Below, piece after piece: positions 1 to 7,240 of a DNA stretch of 36,836 bases. Position numbers and translations under genes: made by a program. The notes under the pieces were generated by a model. That model saw only the letters and a program-made list of their open reading frames with translations, did not search any database and had not been told where the DNA came from. Source of the DNA: a virus; the IMG/VR virus record IMGVR_UViG_3300027861_000007, positions 1 to 36,836 of that record; one strand, written 5' to 3'. Numbering within the stretch: position 1 is the stretch's first letter; every line of letters starts with the position of its first letter.

Positions 1-127
1 ATCACAGGCACTTTAAAACCAACCTCCCGAATAATATCAGCCAATTGTTTAACTTGTTTGGCAGGATGCTTCTTGGCATTCTTCTCATATAACTTTAAAT
101 CCTCAACAGCAGCAGTCTTATATTTAG
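1..127. repeat. Terminal direct repeat, copy 1 (identical to 36710..36836); circular-assembly overlap
   Basis: Bases 1-127 read identically to 36710-36836 and the identity runs to both window edges, so the contig closes into a 36,709-bp circle. A 127-nt overlap is typical of a k=127 assembler, so this is probably not a physical DTR. Confidence 0.9.
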
Positions 128-149
128 GCGTAATGTTAATCTTGTCCAT
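1..149 (-). CDS. 5' end of the junction-spanning ParB/Srx-like nuclease gene (true ATG at 149..147; continues as 36241..36836)
   Basis: The frame upstream of the TTG used by the ORF track (36753) stays open across the junction. It reads MDKINITPKYKTAAVEDLKLYEKNAKKHPAKQVKQLADIIREVGFKVPVIV... The ATG at 149-147 overlaps the stop of ORF 136..390. The joined length is 618 nt (205 aa). Confidence 0.7.
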   Translation of the reverse strand, partial: MDKINITPKYKTAAVEDLKLYEKNAKKHPAKQVKQLADIIREVGFKVPV

Positions 150-390
150 AATGTCCAGGGTTATGTTTAAAAGCATAATCATACAGTTGTATGATAGCGA
201 GGAAATTCCTAATCCGAACCCTATTCACCGTGTCATATTCAAACTCAATAACGATCTTATCCCCAATCACGGCATTCTCATCGAGATCAAGAAACATTTT
301 GCACAAATCCATGTTCTGCCCCGAATAAGCAAAGCCCATAACTTTTTGTTTAGATTGGTCAAAGATGTCTAATAATGCAGTTTTCCTCAC
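136..390 (-). CDS. Hypothetical protein (84 aa, GTG start)
   Basis: ORF in the co-directional gene array. The GTG start lies 3 nt after the stop of 394..807 and the stop overlaps the ParB ATG. No motif recognised. Confidence 0.45.
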   Translation of the reverse strand: MRKTALLDIFDQSKQKVMGFAYSGQNMDLCKMFLDLDENAVIGDKIVIEFEYDTVNRVRIRNFLAIIQLYDYAFKHNPGHYGQD

Positions 391-393
391 GCC

Positions 394-807
394 CTACATT
401 ATAGAGCAATCCTCGTAGTTTCGCAACATATTCCGAAGTAGGTCAAAACGATCTTCCAACTCCATCATTGACATTGGTGGAGCATTGCGCATCTGTTTTA
501 ACTTTGAAAGCATAACAGGATTCCTCACCTCTTCTAATAACTGATGAAAATCTTGCTGTCCACTATAAGAAGTTGAATGAGCAGACACTTGTCCCATTGT
601 ATGACACCCCGGACATAAACAAATCCCATTCTCAAGATTAGTCCGAAGCTGCATATTTGACTTCCCTTCTATATGATGCGAGTTTAACACCCCTACCTTC
701 CCGCATACCTCACATTTAAAACCAGCCTTGTGTTTAATGATCGGACTCCAAAAGTCTTTTTCAATCTTCTTGGCAACCTTCATCCTAGTTTTCCCCTTCT
801 TCGCCAT
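394..807 (-). CDS. HNH (His-Me finger) nuclease, NinG/Rap-like arrangement
   Basis: FKCEVCGK...NSHHIEGKS...NLENGICLCPGCH gives CxxC-HH-N-CxxCH. The N-terminal basic segment resembles phage NinG-type recombination nucleases. Leader is CTAACCaagcaaaATG. Confidence 0.6.
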   Translation of the reverse strand: MAKKGKTRMKVAKKIEKDFWSPIIKHKAGFKCEVCGKVGVLNSHHIEGKSNMQLRTNLENGICLCPGCHTMGQVSAHSTSYSGQQDFHQLLEEVRNPVMLSKLKQMRNAPPMSMMELEDRFDLLRNMLRNYEDCSIM

Positions 808-1096
808 TTTGCTTGGTTAGCATTTGTTTATAAAGTGTTCTTACTTGGTCTCTCATAAAGTCAGCTATTATCTTGGGGTCGTCGTCTAGATGCAGCACAA
901 CAGTTATTTCTTGTCTTATAAAACCCACCGCTATTTCAAAAGTTAGTTCAATGTGAGAGTTGAGGTACTTAATGCCGTAACCATGAGCGTTTACTTCAGG
1001 TAGTTGCTCGAATATGTCATGTTTAACTGCATCAATAATACTGTGTGAAGTTCTCCACAACTCTCTTTCCTCGGATGTTCGTGATTTGTATTCCAT
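785..1096 (-). CDS. Hypothetical protein (103 aa)
   Basis: ATG-initiated ORF in the gene array. No motif recognised. Confidence 0.6.
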   Translation of the reverse strand: MEYKSRTSEERELWRTSHSIIDAVKHDIFEQLPEVNAHGYGIKYLNSHIELTFEIAVGFIRQEITVVLHLDDDPKIIADFMRDQVRTLYKQMLTKQNGEEGEN

Positions 1097-1104
1097 AGGT
1101 TTTA

Positions 1105-1167
1105 GGTGGGAGCGGGATTAACGCTAGCAATCCCAGCTTGTCCAGTTACCAGAGTATTACCTCCACC
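1105..1167 (-). promoter_or_regulatory. Structured 5' leader upstream of gene 785..1096 (long-range helix enclosing a 6-bp hairpin)
   Basis: On the minus-strand RNA, GGTGGAG (rc of 1161-1167) pairs with CTCCCACC (rc of 1105-1112) with one bulged C. This helix encloses GGGATT-N9-AATCCC (1114-1134). The 3' arm ends 8 nt before the ATG at 1096. Confidence 0.3.
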
Positions 1168-1263
1168 TGCCGTTTAGACGTCATATATAGCAGGTCTTTC
1201 AAGTTTAACTCCCATAGTAATTAGGTTTGAATTATAATTTATCCCTGTCTAGTGGGTGTTATT

Positions 1264-1289
1264 CCCGATATTGGAATTCCAATATCGGG
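1264..1289 (-). terminator. Perfect 26-bp palindrome abutting the stop of gene 1290..1658; terminator-like hairpin or protein-binding site
   Basis: CCCGATATTGGAATTCCAATATCGGG is self-complementary, with GAATTC at its centre. It starts directly after the TAA at 1290-1292. The downstream minus-strand U-tract is weak (AAUAAC). Confidence 0.5.
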
Positions 1290-1658
1290 TTATTTATCTT
1301 TACGAGAGTAGGCGTATCCTAATTCTGATTCGGTTATCCAGCACTCTCCTATCCTACAAGGGCTAATTCCCATAGCCTCTTTGGGCTTTTTGTCTCCTAC
1401 TATTATAGCTATTTGATTCGAAAGAGAATCAAACATGTCATAAATTGGCTGGTGATAGCTCTTTGTGACTAATTCTTTTACAACATCCTTAAAAGCCTTC
1501 CTCTGTTGGGGATCAGAGAAGGAGGCATCTATCAATGTTAAAAGTTTTCCTTCAAGGTTTCTACCTATTTCATCTGTTGAATTGCGTAATGTTTCACGCA
1601 CAGCATGATATAATGGTTTTTTATAGACGTCTTTTACGTCTTCAGTTGGTTCTGACAT
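1290..1658 (-). CDS. Hypothetical protein (122 aa from ATG 1658; the ORF track extends to a TTG at 1730)
   Basis: The first in-frame ATG (MSEPTEDV...) is preceded by TTAACCcgttatgttATG, the leader box seen at other genes. The 1730 start is a TTG that overlaps the upstream gene. Confidence 0.6.
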   Translation of the reverse strand: MSEPTEDVKDVYKKPLYHAVRETLRNSTDEIGRNLEGKLLTLIDASFSDPQQRKAFKDVVKELVTKSYHQPIYDMFDSLSNQIAIIVGDKKPKEAMGISPCRIGECWITESELGYAYSRKDK

Positions 1659-1719
1659 AACATAACGGGTTAAAAATACAAAACTAGACAGGGACGCTTT
1701 AAGTTTACCATGTTTTGGT

Positions 1720-1938
1720 CTATTTTTCAATCTCCTCCTGCCTTAACAGGATGCGGACAGTTCTTATTACCCCGTGTATAGAACCTTTGCATTGTGGGAT
1801 GTCTAGGCAGTCAAGAGCTGAATCGATTGCTTCTAGGCACATCTTCCTCGTCTCATCAAACACATCAGTAATCTCTTGGTATACTTCTTCCCGAAGCTCT
1901 ACTAGCAGTTTCCTAAATGTTTCTTTTTGGGTTTCCAT
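1720..1938 (-). CDS. Hypothetical protein (72 aa)
   Basis: ATG-initiated ORF in the gene array. Confidence 0.55.
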   Translation of the reverse strand: METQKETFRKLLVELREEVYQEITDVFDETRKMCLEAIDSALDCLDIPQCKGSIHGVIRTVRILLRQEEIEK

Positions 1939-2078
1939 AGTTTTATCTGATTAGTTTTAGGAGTGGAATATCTAACATTTAAAAGTCTTTTCAGGATAAC
2001 CCCTCGCTCTTTCCTCTCTTTAGAGGTGAGATCCCTACCCAAACTGATTAAATCCAATTCTTTCAACCTCTTTTTCAT
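1902..2078 (-). CDS. Hypothetical small basic protein (58 aa from ATG 2078)
   Basis: The track start at 2093 is GTG. An in-frame ATG at 2078 lies 4 nt after the upstream stop. The ORF overlaps the next gene by 37 nt, which lowers confidence. Confidence 0.4.
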   Translation of the reverse strand: MKKRLKELDLISLGRDLTSKERKERGVILKRLLNVRYSTPKTNQIKLWKPKKKHLGNC

Positions 2079-2082
2079 ATTT

Positions 2083-2646
2083 TTAATAAACACTCATTCC
2101 CCCTAGATCCATCATAAAAACCTCTGGAGAATTAAAATTTGTTAAGATCTTATTCGACACCTCATACAATCCACCCCTTACCTTAAAGGTTGTTTTGTCT
2201 GCTCTTTTCCTTTCCTCACCATCTGCAAAATATTTAATCCCAGGAGCCTTATTTAAAACATCCCTCTTTTTGATCCACCCTGTAAACTCAAGCATTTTAG
2301 TTTTCCTGTTGATGCTCGCAAATAAATAGAGATTGTTTTTATATCTGTCTCCTTCTACCTGCGAAGCGAATAAGTTATTCACGAAGTAATCCCTTACGTC
2401 ACAATCCCTGCCCATAGTTTTTATATCAATAGAAACCCCATTAACAACAAAATCAATGCCATCATCAAAACCTTTCTCTTTCGGTCTTTCCAGCCCCATT
2501 AAATCCGCAAACATGACCTCCCCCAATATACCAGCATACTGTTGTTCCTTGCTCCCATCAGTCTTATCACCCCTATTAGCAATACTGTTCTTATTAACAT
2601 ACCTCCACGCCCACTGCTTTTGTTCATCCGTGATTTGATATTTCAT
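2083..2646 (-). CDS. PD-(D/E)xK-type nuclease-like protein
   Basis: GFDDGIDFVVNGVSIDIKT fits the D...(D/E)xK signature of restriction-endonuclease-fold nucleases. Confidence 0.45.
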   Translation of the reverse strand: MKYQITDEQKQWAWRYVNKNSIANRGDKTDGSKEQQYAGILGEVMFADLMGLERPKEKGFDDGIDFVVNGVSIDIKTMGRDCDVRDYFVNNLFASQVEGDRYKNNLYLFASINRKTKMLEFTGWIKKRDVLNKAPGIKYFADGEERKRADKTTFKVRGGLYEVSNKILTNFNSPEVFMMDLGGMSVY

Positions 2647-2655
2647 TTTTTGTTG

Positions 2656-2820
2656 TTATTTGCTTTTTCCGAACCACCCTCCATCTTTAGCATGTCCACC
2701 TCTAATAATAGCGGGCATACCCTTTCCTTTCTTTCTTAACTGCATGCGCTCTTTTTGCAGATCCCATATAGCATCCTGATGCGCTATTATCTCCTCTGTT
2801 ATTTCTTTATCTCTATCCAT
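2656..2820 (-). CDS. Small protein, 54 aa (not in the ORF track)
   Basis: Hand translation gives MDRDKEITEEIIAHQDAIWDLQKERMQLRKKGKGMPAIIRGGHAKDGGWFGKSK*. It fills the 2647-2812 gap. Its ATG overlaps the upstream stop (ATGGATAG). Confidence 0.55.
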   Translation of the reverse strand: MDRDKEITEEIIAHQDAIWDLQKERMQLRKKGKGMPAIIRGGHAKDGGWFGKSK

Positions 2821-3034
2821 TTATTTGGTTAGTTTGTTTTATTCTTCTTCCCAACATTTTTTTACAGGTTTCTGAATGTTTACTGAATTCCTTCTCTCCT
2901 CCACACATAGTACATCTCTCTCCGTTAAGAAACGCTATGTTCTCCTTCTCTCTCACCTCCTTTTCAAATGTACCCCAGTAGCCGTGTAGTTTCCCGTAAG
3001 CTTTCCATTGAGATACTGTCATTTTGTTAGTCAT
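2813..3034 (-). CDS. Hypothetical protein (73 aa), possible small Cys/His metal-binding protein
   Basis: ORF in the array. CTMCGG...HSETC gives a weak CxxC...HxxxC pattern. Confidence 0.55.
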   Translation of the reverse strand: MTNKMTVSQWKAYGKLHGYWGTFEKEVREKENIAFLNGERCTMCGGEKEFSKHSETCKKMLGRRIKQTNQING

Positions 3035-3043
3035 GGCGTTGGG

Positions 3044-3283
3044 TCAATCTAATACGGGTACATCAGACTCTTCATCCTCTATCGTACTCTTCATTATTTC
3101 TTGACTAACTACCTCTGGGTCTGCATCCATCCTCTTCTCTAACTCTTCTAACTTCTCTGCTAGGTCATCACAATATTCAATCAAGGACTTTATTGTCGCA
3201 AGATTGGTATTCCAGAATATCTCTGGCTCTTGCCTAAAGTAATCAGGGAACCTAGCGTTGAGATAATCTACTAATCTTTTCAT
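3044..3283 (-). CDS. Hypothetical acidic protein (79 aa)
   Basis: ORF with leader ATAACCtattaaaATG. Confidence 0.6.
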   Translation of the reverse strand: MKRLVDYLNARFPDYFRQEPEIFWNTNLATIKSLIEYCDDLAEKLEELEKRMDADPEVVSQEIMKSTIEDEESDVPVLD

Positions 3284-3292
3284 TTTAATAGG

Positions 3293-3481
3293 TTATTTTA
3301 AGAATCCTGTTTTCTTATCCCTGGTCTTCAAGAAGATAAATATACACAGCAACGCTATCCAGTGAAAGAATAATACTGCGATCAATGCCTTCCATCCTGT
3401 TCGGTTCCGATCCTGGGCAACCTTATAAGCCAACAACATCGGCAGAACATACATAATCACAAATAGAAAAATAGACTCCAT
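3293..3481 (-). CDS. Small membrane protein (62 aa, two hydrophobic helices)
   Basis: IFLFVIMYVLPMLLAY and ALIAVLFFHWIALLCIFIFL are hydrophobic segments. Leader is ATAACCaaacattATG. Confidence 0.6.
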   Translation of the reverse strand: MESIFLFVIMYVLPMLLAYKVAQDRNRTGWKALIAVLFFHWIALLCIFIFLKTRDKKTGFLK

Positions 3482-3490
3482 AATGTTTGG

Positions 3491-3835
3491 TTATATATTA
3501 TCAATATTTATAGTCGCAACCTCTAACTTGTTGATACTTTGCATACAAGCAAGGTCGGTCTTTACTTTTTCAAGCTTCGCCCAGGCTACCAAATACCCAT
3601 TGTGGGCTGCATTTTGTCCCTCAAGATGCTTTTTATACACCTCATCAGACAACCCTCGTCTTTTCTTCTCTGCTTCTGTCCCTGAATACTTAAGCTCACA
3701 CCCAGCAAGAATGGTCTTTTGCTGTTGCTTTAGATTCTCATAGGCAATCTTTGTCTTCACATACTCATCAAGAGCAGGATCAATGTCTTGCGGAATCTTC
3801 ATCAACCGATCCTGTAATTCCATTTTAGTAATCAT
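3491..3835 (-). CDS. Hypothetical coiled-coil-like protein (114 aa; alternative ATG at 3823)
   Basis: ORF in the array. Both ATGs are in frame. Confidence 0.6.
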   Translation of the reverse strand: MITKMELQDRLMKIPQDIDPALDEYVKTKIAYENLKQQQKTILAGCELKYSGTEAEKKRRGLSDEVYKKHLEGQNAAHNGYLVAWAKLEKVKTDLACMQSINKLEVATINIDNI

Positions 3836-4259
3836 GTTGTGTGGTTAATTCAAATAGTTTCTGTTGAGCTACTTCTTTTACTGGTTCAGTCACTTCAACC
3901 ACAACTTCTTTCAGTTTCTCCACATGAGTGGTGCATATAGGAATGTTGTCAGCCATTCGGCAATCATCTACCCGAACCCTAAAACAATCTCGCTCCATTT
4001 CCCCCCTTTCTTCTGCTAGTTCGACCGCCTTATCTAAAGGAATTCTGAAAAACAGTCTTCGTCCCGCACTCGCTACGATGAGTTGAAGCACTTCTCCGCC
4101 CTTATCCCTTAACAATTGAATAAGCTGTTTATCCAATTTGATACTGCGATCCATCTTGATAACATCACAAGACGGGATATGCCTTGTAAAAATCCCTGAA
4201 TAATTGAGATCGCCATACCTTTCTTTTCCTTTGTCGGTTTTAACATGTACTTGGGCCAT
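3825..4259 (-). CDS. Hypothetical protein (144 aa)
   Basis: ORF with leader TTAACCtcaaaacctATG. Confidence 0.65.
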   Translation of the reverse strand: MAQVHVKTDKGKERYGDLNYSGIFTRHIPSCDVIKMDRSIKLDKQLIQLLRDKGGEVLQLIVASAGRRLFFRIPLDKAVELAEERGEMERDCFRVRVDDCRMADNIPICTTHVEKLKEVVVEVTEPVKEVAQQKLFELTTQHDY

Positions 4260-4270
4260 AGGTTTTGAGG

Positions 4271-4507
4271 TTAAGATTTTTTATTTTGTAGTTCCTGGAA
4301 TTGAAAGCACAACATTTCAAAGTTTCTAATGGTGGTGCAGGTCTTGTGGTTCATTGCTTTCTTTATCACATCCTCGCCGAACTGTATCCAATATTCCCGA
4401 GCATGTTCCTGTGCTTTTGACTGTGCTATAGCATCATTTTGTATATTGTAATTATACCTTTCTTTAAGCCATTTTAACAGGAGTAATGCCGTTTTGTTAT
4501 ACGCCAT
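4271..4507 (-). CDS. Hypothetical protein (78 aa)
   Basis: ATG-initiated ORF in the array. Confidence 0.6.
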   Translation of the reverse strand: MAYNKTALLLLKWLKERYNYNIQNDAIAQSKAQEHAREYWIQFGEDVIKKAMNHKTCTTIRNFEMLCFQFQELQNKKS

Positions 4508-4685
4508 AATCTAGCTTGTTAAGAAACTCATCGACCGCACTTTTAGGAATCATATAGATCCCAGTCTCGGTCCTTTTAGATCGCAACTTACCATTCTTTA
4601 CCATCCTTCTAATCATGGAATCCCTATACGGAAACCAGTTAGCAACAGACAGTTCTCCTATAGAATAGAATCTTTCGAAGTTCAT
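4497..4685 (-). CDS. Excisionase/MerR-type (HTH_17-like) DNA-binding protein
   Basis: YSIGELSVANWFPYRDSMIRRMVKNGKLRSKRTETGIYMIPKSAVDEFL matches the short helix-turn-helix plus wing pattern of excisionase-family binders. Confidence 0.55.
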   Translation of the reverse strand: MNFERFYSIGELSVANWFPYRDSMIRRMVKNGKLRSKRTETGIYMIPKSAVDEFLNKLDYGV

Positions 4686-4694
4686 ATATTATGA

Positions 4695-5156
4695 TTAAAA
4701 AATATTAAACCCATCATTATTTTCAAGAAACTTTATAAAGCATTCAACATTCTCAACGCTGAATGGGTAGTTAGTTTCAAAAGGTTCAGTCTTTCCATAC
4801 CCATTACAAGCATTACACTCACCTTTCACATGTTCATCATTTCTTTTGCCTGATCCCTTGCAAATATCACACTCTTCAAGAGGCATATCATCCAATTTCT
4901 TTTTGTAATCCTTCTCATACTTCAAAGCCCTCCCACTCACAACCTCCGCTTTCAACCTCACAAGCATTTCATCTTTCATATCTTTATCAATACCATACCC
5001 GCTATTTGAGGTTCCTTTGCACATCTCTTCCTCACTCATTACCTCATCACAAACCTCACAAACATAACTCCATAGTGGCCTCCACCACCAAACATTATTT
5101 CTAAAATAGTCGCCCGTGTCATTTTTAGGCTTTATGCCTGATAAATCATACCCCAT
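4695..5156 (-). CDS. Protein with DnaJ-type CxxCxGxG zinc-finger repeats
   Basis: CDICKGSG and CNACNGYG repeats. Leader is TTAACCaaaacttacaATG. Confidence 0.55.
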   Translation of the reverse strand: MGYDLSGIKPKNDTGDYFRNNVWWWRPLWSYVCEVCDEVMSEEEMCKGTSNSGYGIDKDMKDEMLVRLKAEVVSGRALKYEKDYKKKLDDMPLEECDICKGSGKRNDEHVKGECNACNGYGKTEPFETNYPFSVENVECFIKFLENNDGFNIF

Positions 5157-5176
5157 TGTAAGTTTTGGTTAAGATA

Positions 5177-5686
5177 TTAAAACGGCAAATCATCTATTGG
5201 TGGCTCTGGATCTTCCTGTTCTGGCGGTGGTTCTGGCATAGGCACCTCTTCGCCATCAGGAATGTTAGAACTCTTTGCATAACCTGTTGCAGTAACAGAC
5301 CCCCCACTAACACTTGGTTGTGAAACATCCACCCCCATTGGCTGATTGCTAGTGCTAATAGTTATAGGGTTCCCAGGACCTGCTTCCAACGCTTCAACCC
5401 TTTTACTTAAGTCTGTTACTACAGATTCGAGCATGTCAACCTTGGTTGGTTTAGAGAAATTTAAATATTCTCCATTTTTCTCTATTGTTACCAACACCAT
5501 TTGCCCTTCCTCTATTGAAGCAGTCCAATCATCATAATCACAATTTGAAAGTTTATATTGAGTCCCATCAGTCCCTGTAGTCATTATGGTCACATATTTA
5601 AACTCCTTCCCCGCTTTACTGACATACTTTGAGCCATCTTGCTTTGTTTCGTTGCGATAGATTTTATCGACTTTAATTTTTTTCAT
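5177..5686 (-). CDS. SSB-like single-stranded DNA-binding protein (169 aa from ATG 5686)
   Basis: The acidic, proline-rich C-terminus ends ...PPIDDLPF, like the DDDIPF tip of bacterial SSB. The N-terminal part looks beta-rich. The track start at 5707 is a TTG inside the upstream gene; the ATG at 5686 lies 11 nt after the upstream stop. Confidence 0.55.
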   Translation of the reverse strand: MKKIKVDKIYRNETKQDGSKYVSKAGKEFKYVTIMTTGTDGTQYKLSNCDYDDWTASIEEGQMVLVTIEKNGEYLNFSKPTKVDMLESVVTDLSKRVEALEAGPGNPITISTSNQPMGVDVSQPSVSGGSVTATGYAKSSNIPDGEEVPMPEPPPEQEDPEPPIDDLPF

Positions 5687-5697
5687 ATTTAATAGTG

Positions 5698-6558
5698 TTA
5701 TCTCCAAGTGGTAAACCCGCTTGTTAAAGTTTTTATTTGTGCGATCTCCGAGTCGCTATACCCTATGCACGACCCTTCTCGCTCTATAATTAAATTCTTA
5801 TAAGGTGAGTAGGCAACTTGCCAACTATCCCCTATAACCTTTTTATTATTCCTAGCCTTCCCAATATCACTCTTTGAAAGAGTTTCCCATTTCAATTGAT
5901 CAATAGGAATCTTATATCTAAACTCGCTCGCTGGCTCTTTCTTTGGAATCACATGATCCATATATAATTTGTTCCACCTCTTATAAGTGTCATTAAGATC
6001 AAACTCAACAGCCAAACATTTAAAAGAAGTTTTCCCAGTTCTCAATAAAGTAAACTCATGCATTTCGCCAGTACCACGATCCATATAAACCAGCTTTCCT
6101 CGATCCTCATTTAAAGCATCCATATAAACCGCCAACTGTTTGAGGTAAGAAGATCTAGGCTTCCCTTCCCTCAACTCTTTAGCCTGATAAACCCCATAGT
6201 AGGTTTTTACCTCTAATGGCCACCCTTCTTTAAACCTTCCATCTAGGTATCCACTAATAGGCACCCCCATTCTAGTCATTTCTATTCTCTGCTGTCCTTC
6301 TTTAACCTCTTGCAAATACCCCATTTTGTCTAATGTTTCCACTAGAGCAACCTCGCACATCCTTGCAGCTATAAACATTGTTTGTTTCTCTGCTTCCATC
6401 GGATTGGTTGGTTTTGTTCCGATCCATGAGTGGTAAAGATCAAACAAAGGCTTTTCACAATCAGTAGCCCAGAAAGAAGTTCTCTTGTGTTCCTTCCCTT
6501 GATCCTCTGCTGATAGGAATTCTTGAATCTGTGTTGTAAGAAATTTATTTTGATCCAT
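5698..6558 (-). CDS. PD-(D/E)xK (RecB/YqaJ-like) exonuclease
   Basis: ISGYLDGRF...WPLEVKT gives D...ExK. It sits directly upstream of the SSB-like gene, as in phage recombination modules. Confidence 0.5.
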   Translation of the reverse strand: MDQNKFLTTQIQEFLSAEDQGKEHKRTSFWATDCEKPLFDLYHSWIGTKPTNPMEAEKQTMFIAARMCEVALVETLDKMGYLQEVKEGQQRIEMTRMGVPISGYLDGRFKEGWPLEVKTYYGVYQAKELREGKPRSSYLKQLAVYMDALNEDRGKLVYMDRGTGEMHEFTLLRTGKTSFKCLAVEFDLNDTYKRWNKLYMDHVIPKKEPASEFRYKIPIDQLKWETLSKSDIGKARNNKKVIGDSWQVAYSPYKNLIIEREGSCIGYSDSEIAQIKTLTSGFTTWR

Positions 6559-6730
6559 CTTGTGGGTGGTTATTTTTTACTCCGCACCTTGAACAGAAAT
6601 TAACAAAAGGCAACATTTCCTCCTTACAACCGCTACATTGATTTAAAGGCACAAGCTTGCTTCCACACTCATAGCAATACTTTTCTTCGTCGCCGAACCC
6701 CATTACTTTTTCGCATTTATTACAATACAT
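6545..6730 (-). CDS. Double zinc-ribbon protein (61 aa)
   Basis: Four CxxC pairs: CNKC, CYEC, CSGC, CSRC. Confidence 0.65.
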   Translation of the reverse strand: MYCNKCEKVMGFGDEEKYCYECGSKLVPLNQCSGCKEEMLPFVNFCSRCGVKNNHPQDGSK

Positions 6731-6866
6731 TTTGTGTTTGGGTTAAAGGATGGGTAGTTAGAGCATCGACTATTTGGTCATTTATTCCAGTGACCATCTC
6801 TCCCCGATCAAGCTGCTCATCCATTCGCTCGAGGTTTTCCATGTATAACTCTTTGAGTTTTCCCAT
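6720..6866 (-). CDS. Small protein, 48 aa, first gene of the P2 operon (not in the ORF track)
   Basis: Hand translation gives MGKLKELYMENLERMDEQLDRGEMVTGINDQIVDALTTHPLTQTQNVL*. It follows the conserved leader ATCTTAACCAAAACaacATG downstream of promoter P2. Confidence 0.5.
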   Translation of the reverse strand: MGKLKELYMENLERMDEQLDRGEMVTGINDQIVDALTTHPLTQTQNVL

Positions 6867-6895
6867 GTTGTTTTGGTTAAGATTATTACAACCTT

Positions 6896-6924
6896 ATAGT
6901 ACCAGTCTTTACCAGTGTTTACAA
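6896..6924 (-). promoter_or_regulatory. Promoter P2: TTGTAA-N17-TACTAT (sigma70-like)
   Basis: The minus strand reads cTTGTAAacactggtaaagactggTACTATaagg. The -35 is at 6924-6919 and the -10 at 6901-6896, with a 17-nt spacer. It is a near-duplicate of P1. Confidence 0.6.
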
Positions 6925-7103
6925 GCCCTTCTTTAATCTTTTTTAGTTGACGAAACTTGATTTTCCCTTCGTTTTATGTAATATAATAAGATTGCAAATG
7001 GGTTAAAAGAATTTGCATGGTCATGTACCGCTAAACAGCTCCGAGTCACTGCTCAAGAGCCAAACCCAACCGCATCTTGATAGCATACAGGAGCTTTTTA
7101 GTT

Positions 7104-7130
7104 AAGAAAAAGCCACCCTTTCAGATGGCT
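7104..7130 (-). terminator. Rho-independent terminator ending the P1 operon
   Basis: Minus strand: AGCCATCtgaaagGGTGGCT (7-bp stem including one G-U pair) followed by TTTTCTT. Confidence 0.65.
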
Positions 7131-7240
7131 AATTCCCCTCATTCCTACGAAAACCCTAAAGATTCACGTGGTTTCGTTGCCTATTATACACAGCTGTATA
7201 GAATATTAGTAGCTTTTCAACTAGACTCATTTTAAAATTG

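Noticed and set aside
1-127. The 127-nt repeat as a genuine packaged direct terminal repeat
   Set aside because: Its length equals a standard assembler k-mer and it cuts through the middle of a gene. Without read-level data, the simpler explanation is a circular-assembly overlap.
1105-1167. Possible tRNA (GGTGG...CCACC ends with an internal hairpin)
   Set aside because: It is only 63 nt, the acceptor pairing is imperfect, there is no T-loop (GTTCRANNC) or D-arm pattern, and it would lie on the strand with no other genes. I treat it as leader structure instead.
7185-7215. Short motifs shared by the two long spacers (ACAGCT... and TAGTAGC at 7190-7213 and 8665-8684)
   Set aside because: They are only 6-7 nt each, with different spacing (11 versus 6 nt). 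Matches of this size are expected by chance between 300-nt and 550-nt segments.
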